Positions 1 to 11,783 of a stretch of DNA of 64,000 bases are shown piece by piece (position 1 is the stretch's first letter; every line of letters begins with the position of its first letter). Origin of the DNA: Sedimentisphaerales bacterium (lineage in GTDB: Bacteria; Planctomycetota; Phycisphaerae; Sedimentisphaerales; SM23-30); contig CAXXFK010000006.1 in the NCBI GenBank assembly GCA_963663965.2, forward strand, positions 192,001 through 256,000. The letters are read 5' to 3'. A program made the position numbers and the translations under genes. The notes beneath the pieces were generated by a model, which saw only the letters and a program-made list of their open reading frames with translations, did no database searches and was not told the DNA's origin.

Positions 1-1359
1 GATAATCGCAAACTCTGGGGCGCGCTGGAACCCTATAAAGACGATGCCCCTGATATTGTCAAATTGATCCACTGGGGTGCCGATGTTATTGTTACCCAGG
101 GTGTGACCCATGAAATGCTGAAAGCGCAGCTTGCCTATTTTCTGTATGCCTGGCCGGCGCTGGAGCCGTACCTGTCGCAACAGAATTACCGTGTTGTGCA
201 TGATTTTGTCTTTGCTCATTGGGCTGATTCCGCTTGTGATCGCAAATACCCCTATGATGAAAGTCCGGAACACAACCTGCTGGTCTTGAAGACCAAGGTT
301 GGTTCCACCAAAGGGGCTTATCCGCCGGGATTTTCCATTCAACCCAACCTGTTGCTTTATGAGGTAGCACGTAGCGAGAACCGATCTGATGCCGGCAAAT
401 ATTTTCAGGCGGCATATAATCAGGCCGAATGGATCATCGCCAATCTGGACTGGAACGATCCACAGACCACCAAAGGCCAGCGGATGAGCGAATTCATTAC
501 TATGACCGGTCTGGTTTATTTTCTGCGGCAGTATCCTGAACGCGCGCCTGCCGGGCTGACTGACAAGATCGAGCAGTGGGCCCGAGTTGTTTTGCGCCGT
601 TCAGACAATATGTGGGATTTTCGCAAACTGGATGATGGTGACAAATGGACCCCGATGGGCGATCAGCCCACCATGTGGAATGAACCGGGCAATGTGGTGG
701 GGCTGCCCGCAGCTTTACTGGCTGCCCAGTTGGTTGTTAAGGATCCTGCCATCTTAGCCCGTCTGAAAATCCTGGTCTGGTCCCATTTTGATAACGCATT
801 TGGCCGTAATCCAGTCGGGCGCCACTTTTCCTATGACGCACCTCGTGAAATCGAAGGGGTTGAACATGGCTGGTTCAGGTTCTATCCCGGCGGTATCGGC
901 CGACTGGCTGCCGCCCGTTTTGTCTTGGACGGCAGCCCCAAAGATACTCATTACCCATATCATCCCGAAAAAGGGGACATCGGCTGGACCGAAGGCTGGG
1001 TTCAGTTCAATACACCCTTTAATCTCAGTCTGGCTTATCTGGCACTGGCCGACACTCATATTACTCTCTCTCAGAACGATGATCTTCTGACCGTTAGTTT
1101 GCAGTCCCCATTGAATTTTGATTATGATCGAGTGGAATATGGCACCGTATTACTCACCAGCGGCAGCGGTGACCGAGAATATCTCAAGGTCATGGAAGAT
1201 ACACCCAACGCCAAGATATTTACTGGATATCAGACATTTCAATTGTCAAATTCGCCTGTGCAATTGGATGGTGTTCTTCAAGCGAAGCTAGGAGATCAGA
1301 TTGAAGTGAGTTATGGTTATGGTTGTTGGGGCCATCGAGCCGACATCATTCTTCGCTGA
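1..1359 (+). CDS. 5'-truncated putative glycoside hydrolase, (alpha/alpha)-barrel type, GH9-like (tentative)
   Basis: Frame 1 is open from base 1 to TGA at 1359. Trp/Tyr-rich helical sequence with an 'IHWGAD' segment and a late 'FGRNP' motif resembling GH9 'LGRNP'; lies in a CAZyme cluster. Confidence 0.45.
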   Translation, partial: DNRKLWGALEPYKDDAPDIVKLIHWGADVIVTQGVTHEMLKAQLAYFLYAWPALEPYLSQQNYRVVHDFVFAHWADSACDRKYPYDESPEHNLLVLKTKVGSTKGAYPPGFSIQPNLLLYEVARSENRSDAGKYFQAAYNQAEWIIANLDWNDPQTTKGQRMSEFITMTGLVYFLRQYPERAPAGLTDKIEQWARVVLRRSDNMWDFRKLDDGDKWTPMGDQPTMWNEPGNVVGLPAALLAAQLVVKDPAILARLKILVWSHFDNAFGRNPVGRHFSYDAPREIEGVEHGWFRFYPGGIGRLAAARFVLDGSPKDTHYPYHPEKGDIGWTEGWVQFNTPFNLSLAYLALADTHITLSQNDDLLTVSLQSPLNFDYDRVEYGTVLLTSGSGDREYLKVMEDTPNAKIFTGYQTFQLSNSPVQLDGVLQAKLGDQIEVSYGYGCWGHRADIILR

Positions 1360-1536
1360 TTCAGTTTTTAAATTGTAACATCGAATTGTGATCGTGAGAG
1401 GTTTTCAATCCAAACCGTCTGGTTACGGAATACAAAGAAAAAAAATCGTTAAAGGAGTCATTATGAATCGTATTGTTATCATCCTAATCGCGAGCCTTTT
1501 GTTCTGCGGTTGATTATATGCTCAAGTCTCGGCCTA

Positions 1537-1605
1537 GTGTTCTGTAAAAACTAAATATTCCCATATAGTATGTTCGATAATAACTCCGTAAACCGATTTT
1601 TATGG
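1537..1605 (+). mobile_element. Orphan left end of the IS630-family element
   Basis: gtgttctgtaaaaactaaatattcccatatagtatgttcgataataactccgtaaaccga closely matches the IS630 left end at 6056-6125; preceded by TA at 1535-1536. Confidence 0.85.
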
Positions 1606-1972
1606 CCTACGGTGCAAAAACGTATCCACGACTAACTCATTGTCGTCAACAACCTTACTTTTCAGAAATTAGGCCGAGATCCATATCCCCTGTTTCCTAG
1701 TGCCCAAAGTCTATCAAATCAGCAAGAAACCGCAATCAGGTTCATTCGAACTTTCTTTAGGTGTATGTTTACAAGTAAATCATGGAATGTTAAATTTTGT
1801 GCACTAAGGGAGACTTGGCAGGCGTCCATTCGTAAAAAGGGGATAATAATTCGCATATTGGAGTTTTATTGGGGAATTCGTTTCACTATACTGTGGGAAT
1901 TCAATTTGTGATTTACAGGATAGATGGATCCTTGTTCTATTGACACCCATTGTATTGAAGGATGCCAGGTAG

Positions 1973-4234
1973 ATGACAAAGCGTAGCCATAATTTGTCAC
2001 TTGGAAAACCGTTCGGATTTTTGGTAGGGATATGGGTGGGCTGTGGGATAACTTTAGCCGGTGAAGATCCTGCCTCTGAACTGAAGATGTGGTACGACCG
2101 GCCGGCGGCCCAGTGGCAGGAGGCGCTGCCGGTGGGCAATGGCTATCTGGGTGGGATGGTTTTTGGCGATCCGAGTCAAGAGCGTATTCAATTTAACGAA
2201 CAGACTCTTTGGCTGGGGGATGAGATGGATATGGGCAGTTATCAGCCGTTTGGCGATCTGTTTATCGATCTGGCGGGAATGGAGGGATTTACGGACTATC
2301 GCCGTGAACTTGATCTGGGAGAGGCCATTCATCGAGTGTCCTATATTGCCAATGGGGTCCGGTATGGCCGCGAGACATTTTCCAGCCATCCCGATCGGGT
2401 GATTGCGATACGTTTGACAGCGGACCGACCGGGGGCGATCAGCGGCACCGTTAGATTAACTGACCGGCATCAAGCCGGGATTATAGCCAGGGATAACCGG
2501 ATTTACGCCAGCGGGGTGTTAGAGAATGGTTTGGCTTATGATGCCCAGGTCCTGGTGTTCAATGAGCAGGGAGCCATCAGGACTGGTGATAAGGGCATCT
2601 CCGTAGAGAATGCGGATCGGGTATCGATCCTTTTGGCGGCTGGAACGGCGTTTGTCAATGATCCACAAGCTGGATGGAGAGGCAAACATCCACATGAGGC
2701 AGTAACCGGACAGTTAACGAGTGCGTCCCGAAAAAAGTATATTGACCTTCTTGCCGATCATGTGGCCGATTATCAGTCGTTGTTTGGACGGGTGGGAATG
2801 GAGTTGGGTCCAGGGCGTGACGAAAAGCCCACCGATGCCCGGCTGAAAATCGCTCAACAGGAAGGTGGTGATCCTGCATTGGATGCCTTGTTGTTTCAAT
2901 ATGGCCGTTATCTCTTGATCGGGAGTTCCCGGCCCGGCGGTTTGCCGGCTAACCTGCAGGGTATCTGGAATCAAGATATTAAACCGGCTTGGTATAGCGG
3001 TTATACCACTAACATCAATATTGAGATGAACTACTGGCTGGCCGGTTCCACCGCTTTGTCCGAGTGTCAGGAACCCTTGATGACCTGGATTGGTCATTTG
3101 GCCGAAGTCCGAAAAAGGGGGGAGCAACCTGCGCTGCATACCCGGCGAGGCTGGATTATCTATAGCACTAACAACCCAATGGGGGGCAATTCCACCTGGG
3201 CCATCCATCGGCCGGGAAGCGCCTGGCTGAGCCAGCATTTTTGGAGTCATTATGAATATGAAGGCGACCGGAACTGGTTGAAGACCGTCGGTTATCCAAT
3301 CCTGAAGGAATTAGTGGAGTATTGGGAAGATTATCTGGTGGTGGGGCCGAAAGGACGGTTGATAACGCCGGCCGGCTGGTCACCAGAACATGCGCCGGGT
3401 CTCAAGGAAGGGGATCGAACGACCTATCCGGGAGTGTCGTACGACCAGCAGATCGTTTGGGACTTGTTCAATAATTATGTCAGCGCGGCGCGGGTGCTGG
3501 ACCTCGATCCGGATTATCGCGCAAAAATTGAATCCATGCGGGATCAGTTGCTGAGTCCACAGATTGGCAAGTGGGGGCAATTGCAGGAATGGATGGAGGA
3601 TGTAGACAATCCAAAGGATCAACATCGCCATATCTCCCATCTATTTGCCCTGCATCCCGGCCGACAGATTGATCCGGTCGCCACACCTGAGTGGTCTCAG
3701 GCGGCTCGGGTATCGCTGGATGCGCGGGGCGATGGCGGTACCGGATGGAGCATGGCCTGGAAGATTAATTTTTGGGCCCGACTCAAGGATGGCGACCGGG
3801 CGCACCGGTTGTTACGCAACCTGCTCAAGCCGGTTACGGGCCGAAACGGGGGAACCTATCCGAACCTGTTTAATGCTCATCCGCCCTTTCAGATAGACGG
3901 CAACTTTGGTGCGACCGCCGGCATCGCCGAGATGCTACTGCAAAGTCATGTCCAGACCGATAACGGCTATCTGGTTGAGTTGTTACCAGCGTTGCCAAAG
4001 GCCTGGTCCAATGGCCGGGTGACCGGGCTGCGCGCCCGAGGCGGATTCGAGGTCGATATCGAGTGGGAAAATGGGAAACTGCTTACCGCTCGGATTCGTT
4101 CGCGGCGTGGTGAACCACTGATGATACGCTGTCAAGAGCAGGAACTTAAGCTGAAGACCAAGACCGGACAGGTCATTTGTTTCGACGCGCAATTCAATGC
4201 TATCGCGTTGTCTGATCCAGAGAAACAACCTTAA
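1973..4234 (+). CDS. Secreted GH95 alpha-L-fucosidase-like glycoside hydrolase
   Basis: Signal peptide; family motifs [61 protein letters not shown]. Confidence 0.93.
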   Translation: MTKRSHNLSLGKPFGFLVGIWVGCGITLAGEDPASELKMWYDRPAAQWQEALPVGNGYLGGMVFGDPSQERIQFNEQTLWLGDEMDMGSYQPFGDLFIDLAGMEGFTDYRRELDLGEAIHRVSYIANGVRYGRETFSSHPDRVIAIRLTADRPGAISGTVRLTDRHQAGIIARDNRIYASGVLENGLAYDAQVLVFNEQGAIRTGDKGISVENADRVSILLAAGTAFVNDPQAGWRGKHPHEAVTGQLTSASRKKYIDLLADHVADYQSLFGRVGMELGPGRDEKPTDARLKIAQQEGGDPALDALLFQYGRYLLIGSSRPGGLPANLQGIWNQDIKPAWYSGYTTNINIEMNYWLAGSTALSECQEPLMTWIGHLAEVRKRGEQPALHTRRGWIIYSTNNPMGGNSTWAIHRPGSAWLSQHFWSHYEYEGDRNWLKTVGYPILKELVEYWEDYLVVGPKGRLITPAGWSPEHAPGLKEGDRTTYPGVSYDQQIVWDLFNNYVSAARVLDLDPDYRAKIESMRDQLLSPQIGKWGQLQEWMEDVDNPKDQHRHISHLFALHPGRQIDPVATPEWSQAARVSLDARGDGGTGWSMAWKINFWARLKDGDRAHRLLRNLLKPVTGRNGGTYPNLFNAHPPFQIDGNFGATAGIAEMLLQSHVQTDNGYLVELLPALPKAWSNGRVTGLRARGGFEVDIEWENGKLLTARIRSRRGEPLMIRCQEQELKLKTKTGQVICFDAQFNAIALSDPEKQP

Positions 4235-4341
4235 ACGACCCCGCGCACTTAAAAGTTGAAAATCGTTTTTTCGTTAACCCATCCGAATCAACTGAGAACG
4301 TAATTTCCAGATATAGACAAACTTACTACAGACTCATTACT

Positions 4342-5214
4342 TTGAACCGGACTATCATTATCATACTCGAGAACCTCTTGTTCAACGGTTATTTGATCCT
4401 GGACGATACCCAAAACATCAAACGCACCAAAATGATACAGACCGCCGGCAATGCCGAATATCGCGCGGTGCTGAATGTGCAGGACGACTGCGTAACTGCT
4501 ATCGGTCTGGGTGTGCTGGTTGCCGCCAAGCGACACCCCAACCTCAACGAACGCACCTATCTGGGCAAAGACCTGCATCACCAGCTTTCGGGCAAGCGGC
4601 GTATGCAAAAACGCGTCAACGAGGTCGAACGGCTGGGCCGCTGGGCGCGCGTCGCCCCGGCGTTTCCGGCCGGACAGGGCTGTTATCTGGCCGCCGCCCT
4701 GCTCGAACAGATCATGGCCGGCCATCTTCTGGTCCCGCAAACCATTAGAGTGTGTTCCGGGCCGGTTGTCGTACGCCAGTCCACCGATATCATGGCTATC
4801 GAAGATCAGCTTGTCGCCCATGCTGCGCGCTACATTCGCGTCAATGCCTGCCAGATCACTTCGGTTCAACAGGTTGCCCGGGCCATGTGCCTTTCCCTGC
4901 GGCAGCTCCAAAAGCGATTTCACAAGGCGCTGGCCGTCACCCTGCGTCAGGAAATTCGCCGCCATCGCATACGCGCCGCGGCCCGGATGCTGCTCGAATC
5001 CGACCTTTCAATCGCGTATATTACCCGACGGATTGGCTATGATAATCCTGCCAATGTGGCCCGCGCGTTCCGCAATGAAATGGGCATTACTCCGCGTGAC
5101 TATCGCCAGCGCTATAGTCTCCAGAACGACCTGAGTTTTACCAATCATGGGGAAGACACCACCAACGGATCTTGTGGAACCCAAACCGTGGTTGAGCAAG
5201 ACAGAACGAACTGA
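4342..5214 (+). pseudogene. Degenerate XylR-type AraC-family regulator (C-terminal HTH intact, sensor domain eroded)
   Basis: 'VVVRQSTD...VAHAARYIR...RFHKALAVTLRQEIRRHRI...GITPRDYR' matches the XylR C-terminus; the N-terminal half does not read as an intact sugar-binding domain. Confidence 0.65.
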
Positions 5215-6055
5215 CTGGACGGGAGAAGAAAACCGGAAACATTTGACTTTCTCGGATTCACCCATTATTGCGGAGTGAGCCGTAAAGGACAATTTAGCCC
5301 AAGTTCAACACTTGTAAGTTTTTATTTGCTATTTCACAGCCATCCCATAGACTACTAAATTTCAAGTAGTTATTTCAAAATAGGATGACATAAGTTACAC
5401 TGTAATTATCACAAAAACAGGAGTAACTTATGCCACCAAGTAAACATAACTATACCATTCTCAAACAGATATGCCAGCATATTCCAGCTTTTCTTGTGCC
5501 TAGACTTGCCCGTGACTATGGAGTAGATAAGCAGTCCCGGTCGTTTTCGCCATGGTCCCATGTAGTATCAATGCTGCATATCCAGATAGCACATAGTTTA
5601 TCTCTCAATGACGTAGCAGATACCTTACGGAATCATGCCGGTTCTCTGGCGACTATCCGAAACGCAACCCCTCCAAGCCGCAACGGACTTTCCAACGCTA
5701 ACAAGGAACGTAATCCGGCTATGGCAGAAGCGTTATTCTGGCAGGTGCTGTCCCATATCCAGGACCAGCATAAGTGTTTCGGTTTTAGCGGCAAATATTC
5801 CGGGCTTCCCAGACGATTCAAGCGAACGATTTATGCCATTGATTCCACGACAATAAAGCTTGTGGCCAATTGTATGGATTGGGCAAAGCATCGCAGACGT
5901 AAGGCGGCAGCAAAATGTCACATGCAGCTTAATCTGCAAACCTTTCTGCCTCAGTTTGCTATTGTCAAGAATGCGTCAACCCACGATTCTACAGAAGCTT
6001 ATCAACTTTGCGGGAATCTTAAAAGTGGCGAAATAGCCGTTTTTGACAAGGCCTA

Positions 6056-7274
6056 CTGCTCTGTAAAAACTAAATATTCTTATATAGCATGTCCGATAAT
6101 AACTCCATAAACCGAATATTTATGGAGTTTGTTATGAAAAAGTACATCGTTCGTCTCACTGACGCAGAACGGAAAGAGCTGCTTGAAGTTGTTACAAAAC
6201 TCAAGGGCACCTCGCAAAAAGTCAAACGGGCTCAAATCTTGCTTAAGGCGGATGCGGACGGTCCCAACTGGTCCTGCAATCAAATTGCCGACGCTTTTTT
6301 GTGTCGTCTCAGGACCGTAACCAAAGTTCGTAAATCGCTGGTAGAAAGAGGGTTTGACATCACATTGAACGGTAAGCAGCGTGACACGCCGCCTCGCGCC
6401 AAGCTGCTGGATGGCGAGCAGGAGGCAAAGATCATTGCCCTGAGGCTGAGCGATCCGCCGGAAGGTTACAGTAACTGGTCGTTGCGTTTGATCGCCGACA
6501 AAGCGGTGGAATTGGGAATCGTAGAATCCATCAGTCACACCACCGTTGCCACGACGCTTAAAAAAATGAAATAACGAACCGAAAGATACAGTACTGGGTG
6601 ATACCGCCGGCGCAAAACAGTGAATTTGTCGCGTGCATGGAAGATGTCCTGAATGTCTATTCCCTGCCGTATGACCCGGATTTTCCGGCGCTCTGCATGG
6701 ATGAACAGCCGGTGCAATTGCTCAAGGAAACTCGCACTCCGATGGCCGCGACCTTGCATCATCCTCGTCGAGTGGACTATGAATATGAACGTGCCGGAAC
6801 CGCCAGCCTATTCATGTTCACAGAACCAAAATCCGGCTGGCGTGGGGTGAGCGTTCGTCCACAACGGAAAAAGGTTGACTGGGCCGTTGAAATGGCAGAG
6901 TTGCTGGAGGGCCGCTATGCCCAAGCGAAACGAGTGCTTCTGGTGTGCGACAATTTGAATACTCATACCAAGGGAGCTTTTTACGAGGTTTTTCCTCCGG
7001 AGCAGGCGCGCTGGTATGTGGAAAAAATTGAATTTCATTACACGCCCAAGCATGGCAGTTGGCTCAATGTGGCCGAAAATGAACTGAGTGCGATGACCCG
7101 GCAATGTCTGAAGGATCGAAAAATGACCGACATGGATAGGCTGAAAAAAGAGACGAAAGCATGGGCCACCCACTCCAACGAAAAGCAACGAGGCGTTAAC
7201 TGGCAATTTAAAGTGGAAGATGCCAGGTGTAAATTGAGATCACTATATCCGAATATTTAATCTTTACAGAGCAC
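6056..7274 (+). mobile_element. Complete IS630-family insertion sequence
   Basis: 24-bp imperfect IRs ctgctctgtaaaaactaaatattc / gaatatttaatctttacagagcac; TA target duplication at 6054-6055 and 7275-7276. Confidence 0.95.
6134..7260 (+). CDS. IS630 transposase (two ORFs joined by a -1 frameshift at A7, 6560-6566)
   Basis: ORF1 HTH ends ...LKK; the -1 frame continues KKNEITNRKIQYWVIPP; ORF2 has CMDE, CDNLNTH, HGSWLNVAE (DDE). Confidence 0.92.
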
Positions 7275-8048
7275 TACGTTGATTTCAAGCATCTGGCTGA
7301 ACTTGATAGTCGGGGGGTATTCTGGGTTACACGAGCTAAAGACAACATGGCTTATCGAATCATCAAACCGCTTAGCGAACCTAAAGGTAATATTATCAGC
7401 GATGTGTTAGTCGAACTTGAAACCCCCAAAAGCTATGAGGCTTACCCCAAGTTTATACGGATGGTGACTGCTGATGTGGAAATTGATGGTAAAGAAAAAC
7501 GCATATCATTTATTACCAACAACATAGACTGGGCCCCCAGTAGCATTTGCGACCTATATAAATGTCGTTGGGGCGTAGAAGTATTCTTTAAGCAGATCAA
7601 GCAGACATTGCAGTTAGCTGACTTTGTGGGCCATAGTCAGAATGCTATTCTCTGGCAGGTCTGGATGGCTCTGCTGGCATATGTTCTGATCCGTTTTGTG
7701 GGTTATCTTGGTAAATGGCAAGGAACTTTCAAACGGCTTTTTACACTATTGAGAGGTGTCATGTTTAGTCGCCTGGATATATATAGCGTCATGGATTCCT
7801 GTGGGATAGCACGTGGCTCCCCAAGAATGGTCGGAAGCCCTCAGCAGGCCTATTTGCCCGGTTTTGAGTTGCGTTGAGGATTTCAGACAGAAATAGCCGG
7901 GGCAAAAATACGGGAGTAACACCCTCACCAGAACGGTTTGGCGATTAAGGCCAAAAAAAGTCAGAACTTCCCATTCAAATACTCCCGACAAAAAGGCTGT
8001 TTTTAATGTAAAAATACAGTCCTTGCGGAGAATCCATAGACTTATGGG

Positions 8049-8555
8049 ATGACTGTGATTAAATTTGAAGCATGTAAAGATGAGGATGATGGAGAAATCA
8101 AATGGAAATGGTTTTATACCAAATATGAGCCAACAGAATACGAGGATTACCCTGAAGTCTCACGAAAACAGCATGATTCATTGGGGTATTTCCGAATTCG
8201 ACCTGTTGTATCAGATGGGGCTTTTACGCTTGGGCAATATTCAGCATTAGGAAGGCATCTTAGAAAACTAAATTACAAGCTTGGAAAACTACCTGACAGA
8301 ATAAAGCCTACACACAAGTTACCTGAATGTATATTAAATATGGACGAATGCGACACATGTGAACACAAAGATAACTGTGAAAACATCAGTCCCGACCTAA
8401 ATGAAACTCGTTCAATTGGAAAACTTCTACAAGAGATCACATCAAATGCTGAAAACATGTTAGGAAGCGGCTCTTGGAATGAAGTATCTGGGAGCCTTGG
8501 GCCTCGCTTTGGAGGTCTGCAATCTTCACTTTCAGAGGGGATACACAATTTCTGA
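8049..8555 (+). CDS. AT-rich hypothetical protein, probably 5'-truncated by IS4
   Basis: 168-aa ORF whose ATG lies inside the IS4 right IR; contains a CxxCxxxxxC cluster. Confidence 0.45.
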   Translation: MTVIKFEACKDEDDGEIKWKWFYTKYEPTEYEDYPEVSRKQHDSLGYFRIRPVVSDGAFTLGQYSALGRHLRKLNYKLGKLPDRIKPTHKLPECILNMDECDTCEHKDNCENISPDLNETRSIGKLLQEITSNAENMLGSGSWNEVSGSLGPRFGGLQSSLSEGIHNF

Positions 8556-8679
8556 CACTTGCAGAGTCATGGGAAAAACTCACAGAGAGCCAGAAAATTG
8601 CAGTGAATGGTATTGTTCAGGTGATAATGACACTTTGATACTTTTTGAAACGAACGGATTGTAGATATTATTCCGCATA

Positions 8680-9138
8680 GGAACCACCCTCCGCAGGAAC
8701 CGCTTGACGCTGTCATAACTGCCGTCAAACCCCTGTTCCCGCTGTAAATCCTGAAAGATCCGTTGCCCGGAATGCCCCTGACTGAGCTTGGTCTCGATGA
8801 TCGAGGCATACCGCTCACACTGACTCCGGCGGCCACTCGACCCGGCGGGCGAAAGGGTCGTTTTTGGCCCTTCTCCTTCCGAAGAGCCGGGGGGCGAAAT
8901 AGTCGATTTTGTCGCCGCACGCCCCAACCGCACATAGCGGCTGACCGTCTGGCGATGCAAACCAAGCCTGCGGCCCACCAATTCCAGGTCGTCTCCCCGG
9001 AGCAACCGCAACACCGCTTGCTCCTTGACTTGAACACTTTTACGGGTTTTCTTGACTTTCATCGGGATATCTCCTTGGACAATGGGGCTATCATACCAAT
9101 TCTAATTCGCTGTCCAAGATAATTGCGGCCGCCCCGCA
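8680..9138 (-). mobile_element. Truncated transposase remnant (IS21 IstA N-terminus, possibly fused to an IS3-like OrfA start)
   Basis: 'LGLHRQTVSRYV...GRRSQCE...QRIFQDL...GFDGSYDSVKRF' is IstA-like; no DDE core; a TG...-type IS end near 9138. Confidence 0.7.
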
Positions 9139-9436
9139 GAACCTCTTAAGGAGATGTATTCAAAAAACTGCGATAAGGGTTGAGCCAGCAACTGGACCAT
9201 CGTTATATATTTTGGTACCTGGGGCGTATAGATAGCCGAATTCTTTGAATCTGTTGAAAAGGAATCACAATGTTAAAGTTTTATTTTACACCTTAACTTC
9301 ATGTAATAAAGGGACTTAAGTGGATTTGAATAAGTTGAGTTTTCCAAAAAGATTTTTGGGTGTGTGAAATTGAGATTTTGTGATATTGCTAAATAGATGG
9401 TACGATAACATTCTCATCTGTATTTAGGCAGTATTT

Positions 9437-9952
9437 ATGACAAGCGATCAAAGAAATAGTGTTTTTGTTGAGTTATTCAGCTCAAATTACAACAGGATCA
9501 AGTCCTTTATTCTAACTCTTGTTCCTAATACTTCAGATGCCGAAGACATCCTGCAGGAAACCTCTAAAGTCATGTGGGAGAAATTCGAAGAATTTAAGAT
9601 AGGCACTAATTTTGCTTCGTGGGCTATAACCATTGCCAAATTCCAAGTATTGTCTTATCGGAGAAAATTCAACACTAAGGTTCCTCTAAGCGGAGATATA
9701 ATCGAACTTTTGGCTGATGAATCAGTCGAACCTTTGAAAAAAGAGAATGAGCGACTTAATGCTCTTAGAGATTGCAAAAAAAAACTCAAGGATAAGGATG
9801 CCAAGTTACTTAACTATCGTTTTGTAAACAGGAAAACCGCTAAAGAACTTTCGAAGCAAATTGGTGTTTCCATGAATACTATCTATCGTAATGAAGCAAG
9901 AATACTCTCTTTGCTGCTTGACTGTGTTAAAAGGGAATTAAGGATAAGTTAA
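9437..9952 (+). CDS. ECF sigma-70 factor (planctomycete/verrucomicrobial type)
   Basis: 'DAEDILQET...WEKFEEF..GTNFASWA' region 2 and a C-terminal region-4 HTH; directly upstream of a FecR-like gene. Confidence 0.92.
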   Translation: MTSDQRNSVFVELFSSNYNRIKSFILTLVPNTSDAEDILQETSKVMWEKFEEFKIGTNFASWAITIAKFQVLSYRRKFNTKVPLSGDIIELLADESVEPLKKENERLNALRDCKKKLKDKDAKLLNYRFVNRKTAKELSKQIGVSMNTIYRNEARILSLLLDCVKRELRIS

Positions 9953-9954
9953 TA

Positions 9955-11622
9955 TTGGATACTCAGTCATATAAAAAACAGTTAAATGAGCTTAGGGTGT
10001 TGATTACCCGATCTCTTGACGGCAGCATATCATGTGAAGGAGTGGACTGCATAGAGAAAATTCTTGCTTCAGATGCCAGCTTTAGAAAATACTATAGAGA
10101 ATTCTTAGCCCTTTACTGTGATGTGGAAACTGTGCTTGGCGGTGACCAACAGAATCTGACAGACACCGACGGTTTAATTTTTAGTTATGATTTTTGGCAG
10201 GAACTTTCGGATTATGAAAAAATTTCTCCCAGGATTGAACTTCCTCCAAAGCAAAGCCCTGAACAAGTTGGACCTGTTGTTATTCATCCGGCACGAGATA
10301 AAAAGTCTGTAAGTAAGTTTTCGATATTTACTTTTATTTGCAGTGCTGCTGCATTGATCTTTATTGTTCTGTTTTTAGAGTTCTCTCCTGAACCTTACCC
10401 GAGGGTCGAAGTTGCCACACTTGTTGAACAAGCCAATGCCAAGTGGTCTGATTCTGATGGGTCTTTTGAAAATGGCTATCGTTTTTGGACTAATGATATA
10501 CCGAAATTATTGAAAAGTGGAGTCATTCGTATTCAATATGACAGCGGTGTAGAGGTCTTGATTGAAGGACCGGCAAATTTTGAGATCGAACGACAGGGGG
10601 TGTTCTTTGACTACGGACGTGTCTACTGTACTGTTCCGAATACAGGTTCAGGTTTCAGTATTGAGAGCTCAAACTGCCGCTTTCTTGATCTGGGGACGGA
10701 ATTTGGTGTCCAGGTGGATATTGATGGTTCATCTGAGTTGCATGTATTTAAGGGAATCGTTGAGCTATTTGCGGGTACCAAGCAAAAAGAAAAAAACCGT
10801 CAAACGATTCGGGAGAACAGTGCCGTCAAGTTCGAAGCAGACATGAATACAGTCAGGAACATTCCGATTCAAAAGAGAAAATTTATCAGCAGGATGCCTT
10901 TGACGAGTGAAATGATCGTACAAAACTACAGACCTTATGCCTATTGGCAGTTCGACACAGATAACGACCGTCAATGTATCGACACAATGGGAACGACCCA
11001 ACCGGGTGTGAAAACCGGTCGTTTGCAGAACATACCGGGTCCCCGACTTTGGGATTCAGGTGCGAATCGTGCGCTGCAATTTTCAGACTATCAGAGCAAC
11101 GTGTCAGTTTCCGGCATCAACAGAGATGCATTTATGGGAACCGGTTATACAATCGCTGCATGGGTGAGGATTGATCAGTTAAGGACCCAAAATATACTCT
11201 CAAGTATCATAACGGCATATGAAATGCCCAATGGTCATGTAGAAAAGTTGCTGGGGGTGGATTATCAAGGACATTTTTATTTCAATTATATATATAGAGC
11301 GGGGGTCACTGCTTTGAAAGGGAGGACAAAAGTCAAGCTTGGACAATGGTATCATGTTGTCCTTGTGCTTGATATTCATGGTAGTGCGAAGCGTTTATAC
11401 ATCAATGGCAAAGTAGATGCTGAACTCGTGCCGTCTAAAGAAGAATCCCCAGACAATATCATGAAACAGTTGCCTATTGATAAGTTATCTTTTGGTGATG
11501 TGATAGACTCTGCATTGGGGGAGGGCTTTAAAGGGGCCTTGGATGAGATTTTAATTTTCGACAAAGTGCTTAATTTTCAGGAGATCGAATCACTGTATCA
11601 ATTGACTGTAATCGAGCGATAG
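9955..11622 (+). CDS. FecR-like anti-sigma factor with C-terminal LamG/ConA-like domain
   Basis: One TM helix near aa 122-142; 'IEGPA' and 'DLGTEFGV' FecR motifs; LamG motifs 'TIAAWV', 'WYHVV', 'LYING', 'GALDEI'. Confidence 0.88.
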   Translation: MDTQSYKKQLNELRVLITRSLDGSISCEGVDCIEKILASDASFRKYYREFLALYCDVETVLGGDQQNLTDTDGLIFSYDFWQELSDYEKISPRIELPPKQSPEQVGPVVIHPARDKKSVSKFSIFTFICSAAALIFIVLFLEFSPEPYPRVEVATLVEQANAKWSDSDGSFENGYRFWTNDIPKLLKSGVIRIQYDSGVEVLIEGPANFEIERQGVFFDYGRVYCTVPNTGSGFSIESSNCRFLDLGTEFGVQVDIDGSSELHVFKGIVELFAGTKQKEKNRQTIRENSAVKFEADMNTVRNIPIQKRKFISRMPLTSEMIVQNYRPYAYWQFDTDNDRQCIDTMGTTQPGVKTGRLQNIPGPRLWDSGANRALQFSDYQSNVSVSGINRDAFMGTGYTIAAWVRIDQLRTQNILSSIITAYEMPNGHVEKLLGVDYQGHFYFNYIYRAGVTALKGRTKVKLGQWYHVVLVLDIHGSAKRLYINGKVDAELVPSKEESPDNIMKQLPIDKLSFGDVIDSALGEGFKGALDEILIFDKVLNFQEIESLYQLTVIER

Positions 11623-11702
11623 GGCTATTGCGAGTGCCATTAAATCAGGGGACAAATAATTGTTGTCACCAGGAATATTTGAAAAAGGGAAAGGTAGATA
11701 AT

Positions 11703-11783
11703 ATGAAAAGAAAAGCGTTTACACTCATTATACGGTGTTTCGATTACTTGACGGCCATTAACGGTTGCCGAGTTAGTTCGTAG
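11703..11783 (+). pseudogene. Deletion scar of a prepilin-type (DUF1559-like) gene
   Basis: Purine-rich RBS then MKRKAFTLI; within 30 nt another frame reads LLDGH, the C-terminal H-X9-DG(H) motif of this family. Confidence 0.7.

Larger units (their letters stand above)
5430..7877 (+). pseudogene. IS4-family DDE transposase (DUF4372-type N-terminus) split by IS630
   Basis: AIDSTTI motif; removing the IS630 and one TA restores 'FDKAYVDFK'; the downstream part has 'YKCRWGVEVFFKQIKQ' (YREK signature). Confidence 0.9.
5335..8057 (+). mobile_element. IS4-family insertion sequence, interrupted by IS630
   Basis: Terminal inverted repeats cacagccatcccata (from 5335) and tatgggatgactgtg (to 8057) flank the split transposase; no clear target duplication. 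Confidence 0.8.

Noticed and set aside
6560..6566. IS630 frameshift as a sequencing error
   Set aside because: A -1 shift at an A-run in the 'LKKN' position is a recognised programmed feature of two-ORF IS630 elements.
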